Source: an uncultured bacterium | GTDB taxonomy: Bacteria > Zixibacteria > MSB-5A5 > CAIYYT01 | Direction of reading: 5' to 3' | Length of the DNA: 64,000 bases | NCBI GenBank assembly: GCA_963726455.1 | Contig: CAVSCK010000003.1 | Span: forward strand, 109,118-173,117 | Shown here: in pieces, positions 1-11,043 of the stretch | Position numbering within the stretch: the first letter of the stretch is position 1 | How the letters are laid out: each line of letters begins with the position of its first letter | Notes under the pieces: model-generated | Seen by the model: only the letters and a program-made list of their open reading frames with translations | Database searches by the model: none | What the model was told of the DNA's origin: nothing | Position numbers and translations under genes: made by a program

Positions 1-206
1 TGGCGGATGGCCTGGGGGATTGTAGTCGACGAGAGTGTGATGCCGGGCTGCAGGCCGGACACTGACAGGATCAGAGAGGTTTCGGCACCCTTGTTGCCTT
101 CGACCTCGACCGTGGTGACCTGATAAGCTTGTCCCAGGGCACGAGAGCCGCCGGCAAGCAAAAGCAGCGAGAGTAAAATTAACTGCGCTGCTTTGATTCT
201 ATACAT
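1..206 (-). CDS. Secreted protein, 5'-partial at the window edge. The N-terminus (signal peptide followed by ...YQVTTVEVEGNKG...LQPGITLS) resembles a POTRA-bearing Omp85/BamA-like protein.
   Basis: Manual translation of the reverse strand from the ATG at position 206 runs to position 1 without a stop. A hydrophobic signal peptide is followed by a POTRA-like pattern. The incomplete ORF is absent from the ORF track. Confidence 0.35.
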   Translation of the reverse strand, partial: MYRIKAAQLILLSLLLLAGGSRALGQAYQVTTVEVEGNKGAETSLILSVSGLQPGITLSSTTIPQAIR

Positions 207-219
207 TCGATAGTATCTT

Positions 220-528
220 TCAGACGACGATCTTCTCGATCTTGAGCTCAGTAAAGTCCTGGCGATGCCCGCGCTTGAGATAATAGTCAGTGCGCTTCTT
301 CTTCTTGAAAATGATTGCCTTCTCGCTTTTGCCCTGGCTGACGACGATTGTTTGAACCTTGGCGCCTTCAACGACCGGCTTTCCGACGCGGGTCTCTTCC
401 CCACACACCATGAGCACACGCTCCAGTTCATAGCTTCCGCCCGGTTGACCGACTAGCATCGGGACTTTGATCTTGTCGCCCTCTTCCACTCGGAATTGAA
501 GGCCGCCGGTTTCGACAATTGCATACAT
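220..528 (-). CDS. rplU: 50S ribosomal protein L21
   Basis: ORF 220..597 translates from the internal Met as MYAIVETGGLQFRVEEGDKI...GHRQDFTELKIEKI, an L21 signature of about 102 aa. The start was therefore trimmed to the internal Met. Confidence 0.9.
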   Translation of the reverse strand: MYAIVETGGLQFRVEEGDKIKVPMLVGQPGGSYELERVLMVCGEETRVGKPVVEGAKVQTIVVSQGKSEKAIIFKKKKRTDYYLKRGHRQDFTELKIEKIVV

Positions 529-719
529 ACGACTGTTACTCCTTTGGAAAAACAACAAATTAGCTTGATATGATAGCTCAGAAGGCGGTGATGTCAAGCA
601 CTATTTGCCGCTCATGCGCTCTTAACAGCCTATGACTCTTAAACATACACTGCTCAAGAAGTTCCAAAAAAGGTTTTCGAGGGCGATTGACGGCTGAGGC
701 ATTAATGTTACATTGCGGC

Positions 720-2720
720 ATGGCGGAATTCAACCTGGTGTCAAAGTACGAACCGAGGGGCGATCAACCGGCGGCTATTGCCAAGCTGACCGATGGCGTG
801 ATCAAAGGGGACAAATACCAGACGCTTTTGGGTGTGACCGGTTCGGGCAAGACGTTTACGATGGCGAATGTTATTCGGAATATCGGTAGACCAACGTTGA
901 TCATCTCGCATAACAAGACCCTGGCGGCGCAACTTTACGGCGAGTTCAAGGCGTACTTCCCGGACAATGCGGTCGAATTCTTTATCAGCTACTACGACTA
1001 CTACCAGCCGGAGGCCTATATGCCGTCAACGGATACTTATATCGAGAAGGATACGTCGATCAATGAGAACATCGATCGCTTGCGACTGCGGGCGACAAGT
1101 TCGCTCCTGGAACGCGACGACGTCGTAATCGTGGCGTCAGTGTCGTGTATCTACGGCATCGGTTCACCGTCGGAATACAAGAGCATGTTGGTTACGTTAG
1201 GATCGGCGACGAGTTCGAGCGCAACAAGATTCTGCGGAGACTGATAGAAATACAATACACGCGCAATGACATCGATTTCTCACGGGGTCATTTCCGGGTA
1301 CGCGGGGATACGATCGAAGTGTTCCCTGCCTATGAAGTGAACGGCGTTAGAATCGAGATGTTCGGAGATACCATCGAGCGTATCCGGACTTTCGATCCGT
1401 TGACGGGTGAAGTGCAAAAGGAAATTGAACGCATTGCGATCTATCCGGCGCGCCATTTCGTTACGGCGAATGCGACGGTGAAGCGCGCGGTTGTCGGTAT
1501 CGAGGAAGAGCTGCGTGAGCGACTGGCATGGTTTCGGGAGAATAACAAACTGCTGGAGGCGCAGCGGCTGGAATCGCGCACCCATTACGACCTCGAGATG
1601 CTGAAGGAAATCGGCTATTGCTCCGGGATCGAGAATTATTCGCGCTATTTCTCCGGACGGGCGCCCGGCGAGCGACCATATACGCTGATCGACTTCTTCC
1701 CACCGGACTTCCTGCTGATCATCGATGAGTCCCACCAGTCGATTCCGCAGATTAAAGGAATGTATGCGGGAGATCGGTCGCGCAAGGAAGTGTTGGTGGA
1801 GCATGGTTTCCGGCTGCCGTCGGCGATGGATAACCGCCCGTTGGTCTACGATGAATTCATACAGTTGATCCCGCAAACAATTTACGCCTCGGCTACGCCG
1901 GGTGATCTGGAACTGCAGAATTCGGAGGGTGTGGTGGTGGAACAGATTATCCGTCCGACTGGCCTGATCGATCCGCACATAACATTGAGGCCTGTTGAAG
2001 GGCAGATTGATGATTTAATCAAAGAGATTCGCCTGCGAGCATCCGCGCACGAGAGAGTCCTGGTGACAACCCTGACGAAGAGAATGGCGGAGGATCTGGC
2101 AGACTACCTGGGACGACTGAATGTGCGAGTGCGATATCTGCATTCCGAAATCGACACGATCGAACGAACAGAGATTTTGCGCGACTTGCGGCTGGCGGAA
2201 TTCGATGTGCTGGTCGGTATCAACCTATTGCGGGAAGGATTGGACTTGCCCGAAGTGTCGCTCGTGGCGATACTGGATGCCGACAAGGAAGGATTCCTGC
2301 GATCGGAGCGATCGCTGATGCAGACTGCCGGACGGGCGGCGCGCAATGTCGAAGGCGAAGTAATCATGTACGCCGAGACGAGTCACGGAATCCATGCGGA
2401 AAATGATTGCCGAAACCAATCGCCGTCGCCAGATTCAGATGGAATACAATCAGCAGCATGGAATCGTGCCGGAGACCGTGTTTAAGACGCGCGAGGAGAT
2501 CCTGCAAGCCACCCAGTTTGCGGACAGCAAGGCCGCGGAAGAGGTTGAGTCGTTGTTGCCCGACTTCTTCGAGGCCATGACTACCGAAGATAAGGTGGCA
2601 TTTCTGACGCAGCAGATGGAAGGGGCAGCCAAAGATCTGGAATTTGAACGCGCCGCCGATCTACGCGACCAAATCAAGAAGTTGAAAGACGACGCAAAAC
2701 GCAAAAAGGTGAGACGCTAG
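720..2720 (+). pseudogene. uvrB: Excinuclease ABC subunit B (UvrB), split into three overlapping ORFs (687..1244, 1145..2485, 2394..2720) by two compensating frameshifts near positions 1198 and 2380. It is probably an intact gene carrying indel errors.
   Basis: All three ORFs carry UvrB signatures: the N-terminal [14 protein letters not shown] with the Walker A motif [10 protein letters not shown]; the central helicase part [23 protein letters not shown]; and the C-terminal UVR domain ERAADLRDQIKKLK. At position 1198 the sequence ttagga in place of ttaagga reads like a single-base deletion. Confidence 0.85.
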
Positions 2721-2777
2721 GCGGCTGAACAATTCGGCGCGGCGGCCGTCTAAACATTGAGTGATAGAGGTGTATTC

Positions 2778-3752
2778 ATGACGTATAAGAAGATTCTGAT
2801 TTTACCTGCCATCGCGTTGATCGCCGCGGTCGCGGTGATGAGTTGCAACAAAAAGGTAAATGATTTCGAACGCACTGATCTCTACCAGATATCACAGTTG
2901 CTTAATAATGATCAGGTGGCCACGTCGATCTATCCGGCGGTGTGGCTGGATACGATAAGCCGCGCGCCGCAGGCACCGAAGGTGGCTTCGGGCGCAGGCA
3001 CGATTACTCCTGACGATTACTGGGTGGATGTCATCGCCCATAGCCGATCGATTCCAACAGCGAATGATTCGTGCCGTCCGGATGATCTTAATCAGGACAA
3101 TCCCTGCGCTGAGATTCAGATTGAGGGCAACGGCAGGGCGCACGTGCGTACGGCGAAGATGCGCGACTCACTGGTTTGCCGGTATAATATCATCAATGCG
3201 CTCGATCACTCGGTCACTACGAAGAATGTGACTTTCGTCGGCAACTACTGGGCGATGATGGCCAAATTAAACAGCGATAATTCCGCCTATCGCGGCTGGT
3301 CGCTTTACGCCGTCGGCGCTCAGTGGCAACATGTTTCGATGAACACGCAAGCTCCGATCATTGACTCAGTGGTGCTAAAGTGGGCAGACCAGCGATTCGT
3401 GACTTACGGTAATCCATCACGTCATCGCTACTTGCCACTAAAGAACTTTCCTCACATTCCTCCGGGGGAATACATTGATATCGAAGTGTATGCGCCGGGA
3501 TTAGATCCGGATCTGAGGCCACAGGACGGATACATTCATTACTCCGTCAATGGCGTGATGAGACGCGACGTAATGGACACCTATGGGGACGGTGTGTTCA
3601 CGTATGACGCGCTGGTCGAAAGATCGGGGGCGACGGTCGGCACCTGCAGCCAGATTGTGATCGAGGTTTTTGATCCGCAGTCATTGCGGGATACGAATGC
3701 CGGTTTGTTTGGAGACGCAATAATAGCGGTTTCGTACCGAATCGCCGAGTGA
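2778..3752 (+). CDS. Hypothetical lipoprotein (signal peptide plus Cys: ILILPAIALIAAVAVMSC)
   Basis: ORF 2757..3752 with a lipobox-like N-terminus. No recognisable catalytic motifs were found. Confidence 0.6.
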   Translation: MTYKKILILPAIALIAAVAVMSCNKKVNDFERTDLYQISQLLNNDQVATSIYPAVWLDTISRAPQAPKVASGAGTITPDDYWVDVIAHSRSIPTANDSCRPDDLNQDNPCAEIQIEGNGRAHVRTAKMRDSLVCRYNIINALDHSVTTKNVTFVGNYWAMMAKLNSDNSAYRGWSLYAVGAQWQHVSMNTQAPIIDSVVLKWADQRFVTYGNPSRHRYLPLKNFPHIPPGEYIDIEVYAPGLDPDLRPQDGYIHYSVNGVMRRDVMDTYGDGVFTYDALVERSGATVGTCSQIVIEVFDPQSLRDTNAGLFGDAIIAVSYRIAE

Positions 3753-3769
3753 TACGGGCGAACACAGTT

Positions 3770-5137
3770 CTACATCAAGGCCAGCTTGGGCAGCTCCTGT
3801 AGTTTCTCAAGTCCGATCAACTGCACGCCGTTTTGCGGCTTAAGACCACGCAGGTTCTTGCGGGGCAGGATAATCCTCTGAAAACCCAGTTTTATTGCCT
3901 CGGCAACGCGCCGTTCGGCATAAGGAACGGCTCTAACTTCGCCGGAGAGGCCGATCTCACCAATCATGACGGTCTGTGGCTGCACAGGGATATCCTCGAC
4001 CGACGAGATAAGAGCGGCGATTAGCCCAAGATCAAGAGCGGGGTCATCGATCTTGAGTCCACCGGCGAGATTGACGAAAACGTCACGTTGGCCGAAGGGA
4101 ATTCGTTGGCGCTTTTCTAAGATCGCCAGCATAAGGGCGAGTCGTTTCGAATCGTAGCCGGACGACACTCGCTGGGGAAATCCGAAATTGGTCTGGGTCG
4201 CCAGCGCCTGGATTTCGAGCAGCAGAGGTCGCTGGCCTTCGACGGCCGTGACAACCGCGCGGCCGGGAATGTCATCGGGATATTCATTCAGGAAGAGCTC
4301 CGAAGGATTGCCCACCGCAAAGAGGCCTTCCTCGCCGATTTGGAAGATGCCTATTTCAGAGGCAGGCCCGAAGCGATTCTTTTTCACGCGCAGCAGGCGG
4401 AACCAGTTGTGGCTTTCGCCCTCGAAATAAAGAACCACGTCCACGAGATGTTCGAGGATTTTGGGACCGGCAATGGCGCCATCTTTGGTGATATGACCGA
4501 TCAGGATGAGCAGCATTTCGCTGCGTTTGCAGAATTCAACTAATTCGGCGGAAGTGGAACGAATCTGGCTGACGGTGCCGGGAGCGGATTCCAGATCGGG
4601 ATCGTAGAGGGTCTGGACGGAATCGATGACTACCGCAGAGGGTTTGACTTTGTCGATCAGCGAATAAATCTGCGGCAATTCGCGGACGGCGGCAACCTGC
4701 AGGAGTTCGTTTTTGATGCCGATGCGCTTGCCACGCATACCGACCTGCTGGGCCGACTCCTCGCCGGTCAGATAGAGCGCCGATAAATTTTGTTGAGCTA
4801 GACCGCCGGCGACCTGCAACATGAGCGTTGACTTTCCTATGCCGGGTTCGCCGCCGATCAGGATTGACGAATCGGGCACGATGCCACCGCCGAGCAACTG
4901 ATCGAATTCCTCCAGACCGCAACGGATCATCGGCTGTGGCTGTGAATGGCAGTAGTTGATCGGGGTCGCTTCAATGTCTGTGGCAACTCCCCTGCTCTTG
5001 GGTTTGGGGATGCTGATCTTCTCTTCGACGATCGTGTTCCATTCGCCGCAATCGGGGCATTTGCCTATCCAACGCGAGAAACTACGTCCGCAGGCAGAGC
5101 AGACATAAATGGTTTTGTCGCCGGATTTGGTGGTCAT
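3770..5137 (-). CDS. radA: DNA repair protein RadA/Sms
   Basis: An N-terminal C4 zinc finger (CSACGRSFSRWIGKCPDCGEWNT), a RecA-like Walker A motif (GGEPGIGKST) and a Lon-protease-like C-terminal domain. Confidence 0.9.
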   Translation of the reverse strand: MTTKSGDKTIYVCSACGRSFSRWIGKCPDCGEWNTIVEEKISIPKPKSRGVATDIEATPINYCHSQPQPMIRCGLEEFDQLLGGGIVPDSSILIGGEPGIGKSTLMLQVAGGLAQQNLSALYLTGEESAQQVGMRGKRIGIKNELLQVAAVRELPQIYSLIDKVKPSAVVIDSVQTLYDPDLESAPGTVSQIRSTSAELVEFCKRSEMLLILIGHITKDGAIAGPKILEHLVDVVLYFEGESHNWFRLLRVKKNRFGPASEIGIFQIGEEGLFAVGNPSELFLNEYPDDIPGRAVVTAVEGQRPLLLEIQALATQTNFGFPQRVSSGYDSKRLALMLAILEKRQRIPFGQRDVFVNLAGGLKIDDPALDLGLIAALISSVEDIPVQPQTVMIGEIGLSGEVRAVPYAERRVAEAIKLGFQRIILPRKNLRGLKPQNGVQLIGLEKLQELPKLALM

Positions 5138-5148
5138 GGATAAGCGCC

Positions 5149-6543
5149 CTAGAACGGAACGTTGGGATAAGCGGTGTCGCTACGAACCGATTCGCGGTTT
5201 TCGAAACGAATGTATTCGTCAATAAAGGTCAATTTGATGGTGCCGGTGGGGCCGTTACGCTGCTTGGCGACGATGATTTCCGCCAGCTTTTCCTCATCGG
5301 TGCCTTTTATCTCTTCACGTTCTTCCTCGCTGAGTTTGTATGCCGAGGGACGGTACACGAACATGACGACGTCGGCATCCTGTTCGATGGCGCCCGATTC
5401 ACGCAGGTCGGCAAGGATCGGACGTTTTTCGCCGCCACGGGTTTCGACCTGGCGAGACAACTGGCTGCAGGCGATGACGGGGATATTCAGTTCCTTGGAG
5501 AGACCTTTGAGCGATCGACTGATCAAGGAGATTTCCTGCTGGCGGTTTTCGATGCGCTCGCCGGCATTCATGAGCTGCAAGTAATCTACCACTACGAGAC
5601 CAATATCGAATTGGCTCTTAAGAAGCCGCGCCTTGGTACGCAAATCCCAGACAGTCATGGTTGCCGAGTCATCGAGATAGATCGGCGATTCAGCCAATGG
5701 GCCGGCGGCGATATTAAGATTCGTCCATTCATGGTCGCGCAGACGCCCGGTGCGCAGGCGATGCGAATCAACCCGCGCGCGCGAGGCGAGCAAACGCTGA
5801 ACAATTTGTTCCGAGGACATTTCCAACGAGAAGATAACCACTGGTTTTGCCTGCTCGACGGCGACATTTTCGACAATGCGCAGTGCAAAAGCGGTCTTAC
5901 CCATACCGGGACGGCCGGCAACGACGATGAATTCGCCACCGTGCATGCCGGCGGTCAGAACATCAAGGTCAGTCAGTCCGGTAGCCAGACCAGTCACCTG
6001 GCCTTTGAGTTTTTCGAGCTCCTCCATCTTGCTGAAGGTTGCCGGCAGCAAATCCTTGATCTGCTCGTAGCCCTTGTCGGAGCGGCGCGTGGAGATCTCG
6101 AATACTTTGCTTTCGACTTCGTCGAGCAACTCCTTGACCTCTCCCTCCTGCCGCTGGGCTTTGCTGTATATGTTCGAAGCCAGATTCATCAGGCGACGGA
6201 GGATCGCCTTTTCCTTGATGATTTCGGCGTAACGCTCGCAATTGGCGGCGGAATAGACATTTTCCGTAAGCTCGACCAGGTAAGCCCGGCCACCGATGTT
6301 GTCGAGTTGGGTTAACGTAATCAGTTTGTCCGTAACGGTGACAAGATCGGCGGGCGTGTTTTGCTCGAAGAGGGCGACAATGGCCTCGAAGACGGCGCCG
6401 TGGCGGCGCTCGTAGAAATCCTCGCTGGAGATCAGCGTGCAGACATTGGGAATGTACGAGTTGTCGATGAGCAGCGCCCCCAGGAGGGACACTTCCGCCT
6501 GGCGATCTTGCGGCGGTACCCTATCGTTAAATGATTCGTCCAT
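5149..6543 (-). CDS. dnaB: Replicative DNA helicase DnaB
   Basis: A 464-aa protein with the N-terminal DnaB domain (AEVSLLGALLIDN), the Walker A motif GRPGMGKTAFAL, and an ...RQVETRGGEKRP... region resembling the H4/RecA fold. Confidence 0.9.
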   Translation of the reverse strand: MDESFNDRVPPQDRQAEVSLLGALLIDNSYIPNVCTLISSEDFYERRHGAVFEAIVALFEQNTPADLVTVTDKLITLTQLDNIGGRAYLVELTENVYSAANCERYAEIIKEKAILRRLMNLASNIYSKAQRQEGEVKELLDEVESKVFEISTRRSDKGYEQIKDLLPATFSKMEELEKLKGQVTGLATGLTDLDVLTAGMHGGEFIVVAGRPGMGKTAFALRIVENVAVEQAKPVVIFSLEMSSEQIVQRLLASRARVDSHRLRTGRLRDHEWTNLNIAAGPLAESPIYLDDSATMTVWDLRTKARLLKSQFDIGLVVVDYLQLMNAGERIENRQQEISLISRSLKGLSKELNIPVIACSQLSRQVETRGGEKRPILADLRESGAIEQDADVVMFVYRPSAYKLSEEEREEIKGTDEEKLAEIIVAKQRNGPTGTIKLTFIDEYIRFENRESVRSDTAYPNVPF

Positions 6544-6748
6544 TCCCTCGACTCTCGCAGCCCCGGTAGCCCATTGATGCTATTCCAGATTACTTACAAG
6601 ATAAGCCAGGAATAGCGTCTCAGCCAATGATTTCTACGGAGGATGTTAACAATCTCGGTGTGGAAATCCCCAGGTGCGGCGCGGCAATTCGCAGTGGGAT
6701 TCTCAGAGAGTCTTTGGGTTACAGAATGTCACACGGGTGAATTGCGGG

Positions 6749-6767
6749 TTGTCCACATTGTGGATAA
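6749..6767. promoter_or_regulatory. Pair of DnaA-box-like 9-mers in inverted orientation. TTGTCCACA (one mismatch) is followed immediately by TGTGGATAA (perfect reverse complement of TTATCCACA). The pair lies about 200 nt upstream of dnaB.
   Basis: Read directly at 6749..6757 and 6759..6767. Consensus DnaA box is TTATCCACA. Confidence 0.4.
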
Positions 6768-6773
6768 TCAGGA

Positions 6774-7490
6774 TTACTGCGACATCAGGTCGTCATATTC
6801 CTTGCGCAGCATCTGGACGTCCGCCCAAGTATCGTGTTTGTACTGCGGAAAACGCAGCAACGCCGCAGGATGGTAAGTCACCATCACTTTGCGGCCATCA
6901 ACCTCGAAAAAGCGCCCGCGCATTTTACCCAGTGGAGTGGTGACGCCCAGCAGGGCCTGAGCAGCGATCCGACCGAGGCAACAGATCAATTTGGGATTGA
7001 TGATCTCGATTTGCTTCCTGAGATACGGCAGACAAGTAGCCATCTCATCCGGCTGGGGATCGCGATTATTCGGCGGACGGCATTTGACGATGTTGGCGAT
7101 ATAGACCTGTTTGCGGTCGAACTTGATGGCGGCCAGAATTCGGTCCAGCAGTTGTCCGGCGCGCCCGACAAAGGGTTCACCCTTCAAGTCTTCGTCATGT
7201 CCGGGACCTTCGCCAACGAACATAACCTCAGCCGCCGGATTGCCGACGCCAAAGACGAACTTGTTGCGGCCTTCATGGAGGCGACACTTGGTGCAGTCCT
7301 TGATCTGGTCGCAGAAAGTAGCCAATGCCTTGCCAGTGGCGGTGCCGTCGCGCTGAGGTCTGGCGGATTGTTTCTGCGGCATTAATGCGGTAAGAGTCTC
7401 GTTGTCGACTCGCAGTTCGCCAAGTCCCAGTTCGCGCTGTTGCTCAATGACCTGGGCGAAGATGTCAGATACGGTTTTGCGTGGGGGCAT
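6774..7490 (-). CDS. Uracil-DNA glycosylase, family 4
   Basis: Motif [35 protein letters not shown], typical of family-4 UDG, plus conserved Cys residues. Confidence 0.85.
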   Translation of the reverse strand: MPPRKTVSDIFAQVIEQQRELGLGELRVDNETLTALMPQKQSARPQRDGTATGKALATFCDQIKDCTKCRLHEGRNKFVFGVGNPAAEVMFVGEGPGHDEDLKGEPFVGRAGQLLDRILAAIKFDRKQVYIANIVKCRPPNNRDPQPDEMATCLPYLRKQIEIINPKLICCLGRIAAQALLGVTTPLGKMRGRFFEVDGRKVMVTYHPAALLRFPQYKHDTWADVQMLRKEYDDLMSQ

Positions 7491-7492
7491 TA

Positions 7493-8696
7493 TTACTTTC
7501 GTAAGAGTTTAGCTTCGACCAGATCGAGAATGACTTGCGCCAATTGCTGCTTGGTCATCTTGTCGAGCCGACGCGGTTTGCCGGTGCGTGAAAAGATCGT
7601 GGCTCTGTTGTAGTCGCTACCGAACTCGGCGCCCGGCTGCGTGGGATCATTCATTACTATCATATCGAGATTCTTGTCTTTGAGTTTCCGCAAGGCATTC
7701 TTGCTGTCGCCACCAACTTCAAGGGCAAACCCAATCACCATTTTCGGACGATTTTTCGAGCGCCCCACTTCCGCCAGAATATCGGGATTGGATTTCAGTT
7801 CCAATTGCGGGAGTGTGCCGTGCGGAATCTTCGTCTTCGCGACTTTCGCCGGTTTGTAATCGGCAACTGCCGCGGCCATAATCAGGACATCTTTCTTGCC
7901 CGCCGTTTGCGTCAACTGCTGACGTAATTCCTCGGCGGATTCGATATCCACGCGCGTGATGCCGCTCGGAGTCGGCAGCGAAGTCGGACCGGAAATTAGC
8001 ACGACCTCCGCTCCGCGCGCAGCCGCTTCGGTCGCAATGGCGTAACCCATCTTGCCGGACGAAAAATTGGAGATGTATCTGACCGGATCGATACGCTCTC
8101 TGGTCGGTCCGGCAGTCACGATCACGCGCTGGCCGGTCAACTTCTGATTCGCGCGAAAATGCGCCAGCACGCGCTGCAGGATATTCTCGGGTTCTTCCAA
8201 TCTGCCGACTGCCAACGGTCTCACACGCGAGATCACCAGAGCCGGGAGAAATGAAGATGTATCCAAGTTTCGCAAGCTTGGTGATGTTCTGCTGCACGAT
8301 TGGATTGACATACATCTCGGTATTCATGGCAGGAGCAATCATCACCGGGGACTGGCGAGCCAGTACAATTGTGGTCAGAAGGTCATCGGCTATGCCGCCG
8401 GCGATCTTGCCGATGAGATTTCCGGTCGCAGGCGCAAGCAGGATCAAGTCGGCCCACTCGGCGTACGAAATATGGTGCGTAGAGACAAAACGATCCTCGG
8501 GAAACATTTCCAGCGCGACGGGATTGTTCGACAGGGTCTCCAACGTTGACTTGGTGACAAACTCCGTAGCGGATTTGGTCAATACGACTTTGACATCGGC
8601 GCCTTCTTTTTTGAGCAGGCGGATGAGAAAGCAGGCCTTGTACGCGGCGATGCAGCCGCTGATCCCCAATAGAATTTTCTTATTTTGAAGACGCAT
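7493..8696 (-). pseudogene. coaBC: Bifunctional phosphopantothenoylcysteine decarboxylase/synthetase CoaBC. It is split by one frameshift near positions 8200-8250 into ORFs 7719..8696 (the CoaC flavoprotein part) and 7493..8311 (the CoaB part). It is probably an intact gene carrying an indel error.
   Basis: The N-terminal ORF carries KKILLGISGCIAAYKA and PAMN (CoaC). The C-terminal ORF carries GQRVIVTAGPTRERIDPVRYISNFSSGKMG (CoaB). The two ORFs overlap in different frames. Confidence 0.8.
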
Positions 8697-8710
8697 GATC
8701 TATTCAACGA

Positions 8711-9178
8711 TCAATTGATCGTCTCGTTACCGTCGACATTAAACCAGTTGAGGTCGACAGTATTTCCCGACGAGAATACGTATCGCGAGGCAATAACTTT
8801 CATGACCGGAAGGTCGATAACTTCGCTGCCGAGCATCAAGGACTTGTCAACGATACGCTCGAATTGCGCCGGCGTGATCAGGCGAAAATGCAGAAGCTGA
8901 AGCAGCAAGCCGGCAGCTTCGGGCGTGAAGTGCTGCATCTCCTGCTGGCTGAGTACGCGGACAGAGACGGGCGATTTATCCATCGACTGGATACGGCCGC
9001 CCTCTTTTTGCAGTTCTTCCAGAAACCAGCCATAGGCAGAGGAAATCTCGGAGTCGGTGAAACCACGGCTCTTGAGATCCTTGGAGATTGCCCGGTATGG
9101 GCCGATCTGACCGTTGTGACTGCGGACGTGTTCTACCAGGTAAAAGACTATTTCCAAAATACGTTCTTCCATTGCCAT
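8711..9178 (-). CDS. smg: Smg family protein (DUF494)
   Basis: A 155-aa protein whose pattern ILEIVFYLVEH...GFTDSEISSAYGWFLEEL matches Smg proteins. Confidence 0.6.
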   Translation of the reverse strand: MAMEERILEIVFYLVEHVRSHNGQIGPYRAISKDLKSRGFTDSEISSAYGWFLEELQKEGGRIQSMDKSPVSVRVLSQQEMQHFTPEAAGLLLQLLHFRLITPAQFERIVDKSLMLGSEVIDLPVMKVIASRYVFSSGNTVDLNWFNVDGNETIN

Positions 9179-9452
9179 TCTCCGTATCTAAGTGCCTACT
9201 GATAGCGCCGTATTCTGCGCACGCGTTGCCATCCGTGGCCTAGATCCGCACCACCTCACTACCGCACAATTCCTGCATGAAATAAAGCTCGCGCGACGGC
9301 TTTATGCAAGAATAAAACTCTCGCGATTGGTCACTTACTATAGACTACGAAATTCACCGAGAGAGTTGCAAACAAAAGCGCTTGACATCCGAGGGAAAAT
9401 CAGCGAGTATATTCTTCCCCTGAAATTACGAATGTCTGGAGCTATCGTCCGA

Positions 9453-11033
9453 CTAGTGTTTGAAATGTCGGACGCCCGTAAGTACCATGGCAATACCCGC
9501 TTTGTCGGCGGCAGCAATAGCGTCCTCATCACGTTTTGAACCACCGGGCTGTATGATAGCTTTGACACCTGCGGCGGCAGCGGCTTCGACGCCATCGGCC
9601 ATTGGGAAAAAGGCGTCGGATGCCAGCACGGCTCCCTGCGCCCGGGTGCCGGCTTTCTTGACGGCCTGCTCGACGGCATCGACTCGCGATGTCTGACCGC
9701 AACCAAAGCCAACCAACTTGGAACCGTCGATGATGATGATCGCGTTTGATTTGACGTGCTTGACCAACTGGAAGCCGAAGAGGAGCGACGCGACCTGAGC
9801 GGGAGACGGCTTGGCTTTCGTCACTACGTTGAGATCAGATTCGTGAATGATCTTCTTGTCGGCAGACTGATAGAGAAATCCGCCATGAATCGATCGAAAT
9901 ATTCTGTCAGTTGTGGAGACGTTGCCAATCTGAGGCAGGCGCAACAGCCGACGTTGCTTCTTCTTCATTAAAAGCGCTAATACGTCCGGTTCAAAGTCGG
10001 GAGCGAGAATACATTCGACAAATTCGGTGTCGTGCAACAACCGTGCGGTATCCATATCAACCGTGCGGTTGAGGCCGATAATCGAGCCGTAAGCGGACAT
10101 CGGGTCGGAAGCAAGCGCATCGCGGTAGGCATCGGCAAGGTTGTCCGCACAGGCAGCGCCGCAGGGATTGGTGTGTTTGACAATGCAGGCGAAAGGTTTC
10201 TCGAAATCGACAATCATGCTGAGCACCGAGTCGAGATCGACATAGTTATTGTATGAAAGTTCTTTGCCCGCCAATTGCTCGGCATCAACCAGCGAAAGAG
10301 ATTTGTTGGCAATATTGCGATAGAGCGCGGCAGACTGATGGGGATTTTCGCCGTAACGCAGTCCGGCGACCCTGGCGAGATTGAGAGTAATTGCAGACGG
10401 GAAATCGTCGGCCACGTCGGGAGTCTGGCTGCCTTCAAAATACTCGTCGATAGCCCGGTCATATTCATGGGTCAGCTTGTAGGCGCAAGCAGCATATCCG
10501 CGACGGATTGCCACAGACAACGTGCCATCGGTGTTTTTGAAGTCGTTCATAAACTGAGCGTACTGCGACGGCTGTACGAGCACGGCGACGGCAGCGAAAT
10601 TTTTGGCGGCAGCACGAATCATCGTCGGTCCGCCGATGTCGATGTTCTCGATTATCTCTTCTTCTGCCACACCTTTGGCAACGGTCTGGGCAAAAGGATA
10701 CAGATTGACGACGACGAGGTCGATGGCTTTGTAGTCCTGAGCGTCAAGTTCTGTTCTATGTTCAGGAATATCGCGCCGAAAGAGAATGCCGGCGGCAATT
10801 TTCGGATGGAGAGTCTTGACCCTGCCGTCCAGAATCTCCGGTGCGCCGGTGAAAGATGACACCGGCACCACGCGGATACCGGCATCCTTGAGGGCTTGTT
10901 TTGTGCCGCCGGTGGATATTATCTCAACGCCTTCGCCTTCGAGAAAGCGGGCAAGATCGACGATGCCGGTCTTGTCGGAGACACTAATCAGCGCGCGTTT
11001 GATACGATGTGTTTTGATATCTTTGGCTACCAT
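9453..11033 (-). CDS. purH: Bifunctional AICAR formyltransferase / IMP cyclohydrolase PurH
   Basis: [18 protein letters not shown]...STGGT (MGS-like) followed by an AICARFT domain. The start was trimmed to MVAKDIK. Confidence 0.9.
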   Translation of the reverse strand: MVAKDIKTHRIKRALISVSDKTGIVDLARFLEGEGVEIISTGGTKQALKDAGIRVVPVSSFTGAPEILDGRVKTLHPKIAAGILFRRDIPEHRTELDAQDYKAIDLVVVNLYPFAQTVAKGVAEEEIIENIDIGGPTMIRAAAKNFAAVAVLVQPSQYAQFMNDFKNTDGTLSVAIRRGYAACAYKLTHEYDRAIDEYFEGSQTPDVADDFPSAITLNLARVAGLRYGENPHQSAALYRNIANKSLSLVDAEQLAGKELSYNNYVDLDSVLSMIVDFEKPFACIVKHTNPCGAACADNLADAYRDALASDPMSAYGSIIGLNRTVDMDTARLLHDTEFVECILAPDFEPDVLALLMKKKQRRLLRLPQIGNVSTTDRIFRSIHGGFLYQSADKKIIHESDLNVVTKAKPSPAQVASLLFGFQLVKHVKSNAIIIIDGSKLVGFGCGQTSRVDAVEQAVKKAGTRAQGAVLASDAFFPMADGVEAAAAAGVKAIIQPGGSKRDEDAIAAADKAGIAMVLTGVRHFKH

Positions 11034-11043
11034 GAAATCCTCG

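Noticed and set aside
220-528. rpmA (L27) expected downstream of rplU
   Set aside because: The downstream minus-strand gene encodes a signal-peptide POTRA-like protein, not L27, so no rpmA is present in this window. This is unusual, but there is no evidence of a hidden small gene in the 13-nt gap.
1280-1978. A 232-aa ORF on the minus strand, inside uvrB
   Set aside because: It is antisense to a strongly supported UvrB coding region and has no family signature. It is an artefact of the GC-rich antisense frame.
5611-6315. A 234-aa ORF on the plus strand, inside dnaB
   Set aside because: Antisense to DnaB, with no motifs and Arg/Gly-rich composition, as expected for a shadow ORF.
9179-9452. 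Possible ncRNA or terminator in the AT-rich 274-nt gap between purH and smg
   Set aside because: Only short hairpins are visible (ATAAAGC/GCTTTAT at roughly 9280..9303, and CGTCCGAC/GTCGGACG overlapping the purH stop). There is no convincing U-tract or recognisable RNA family. It is most likely an ordinary promoter or UTR region.
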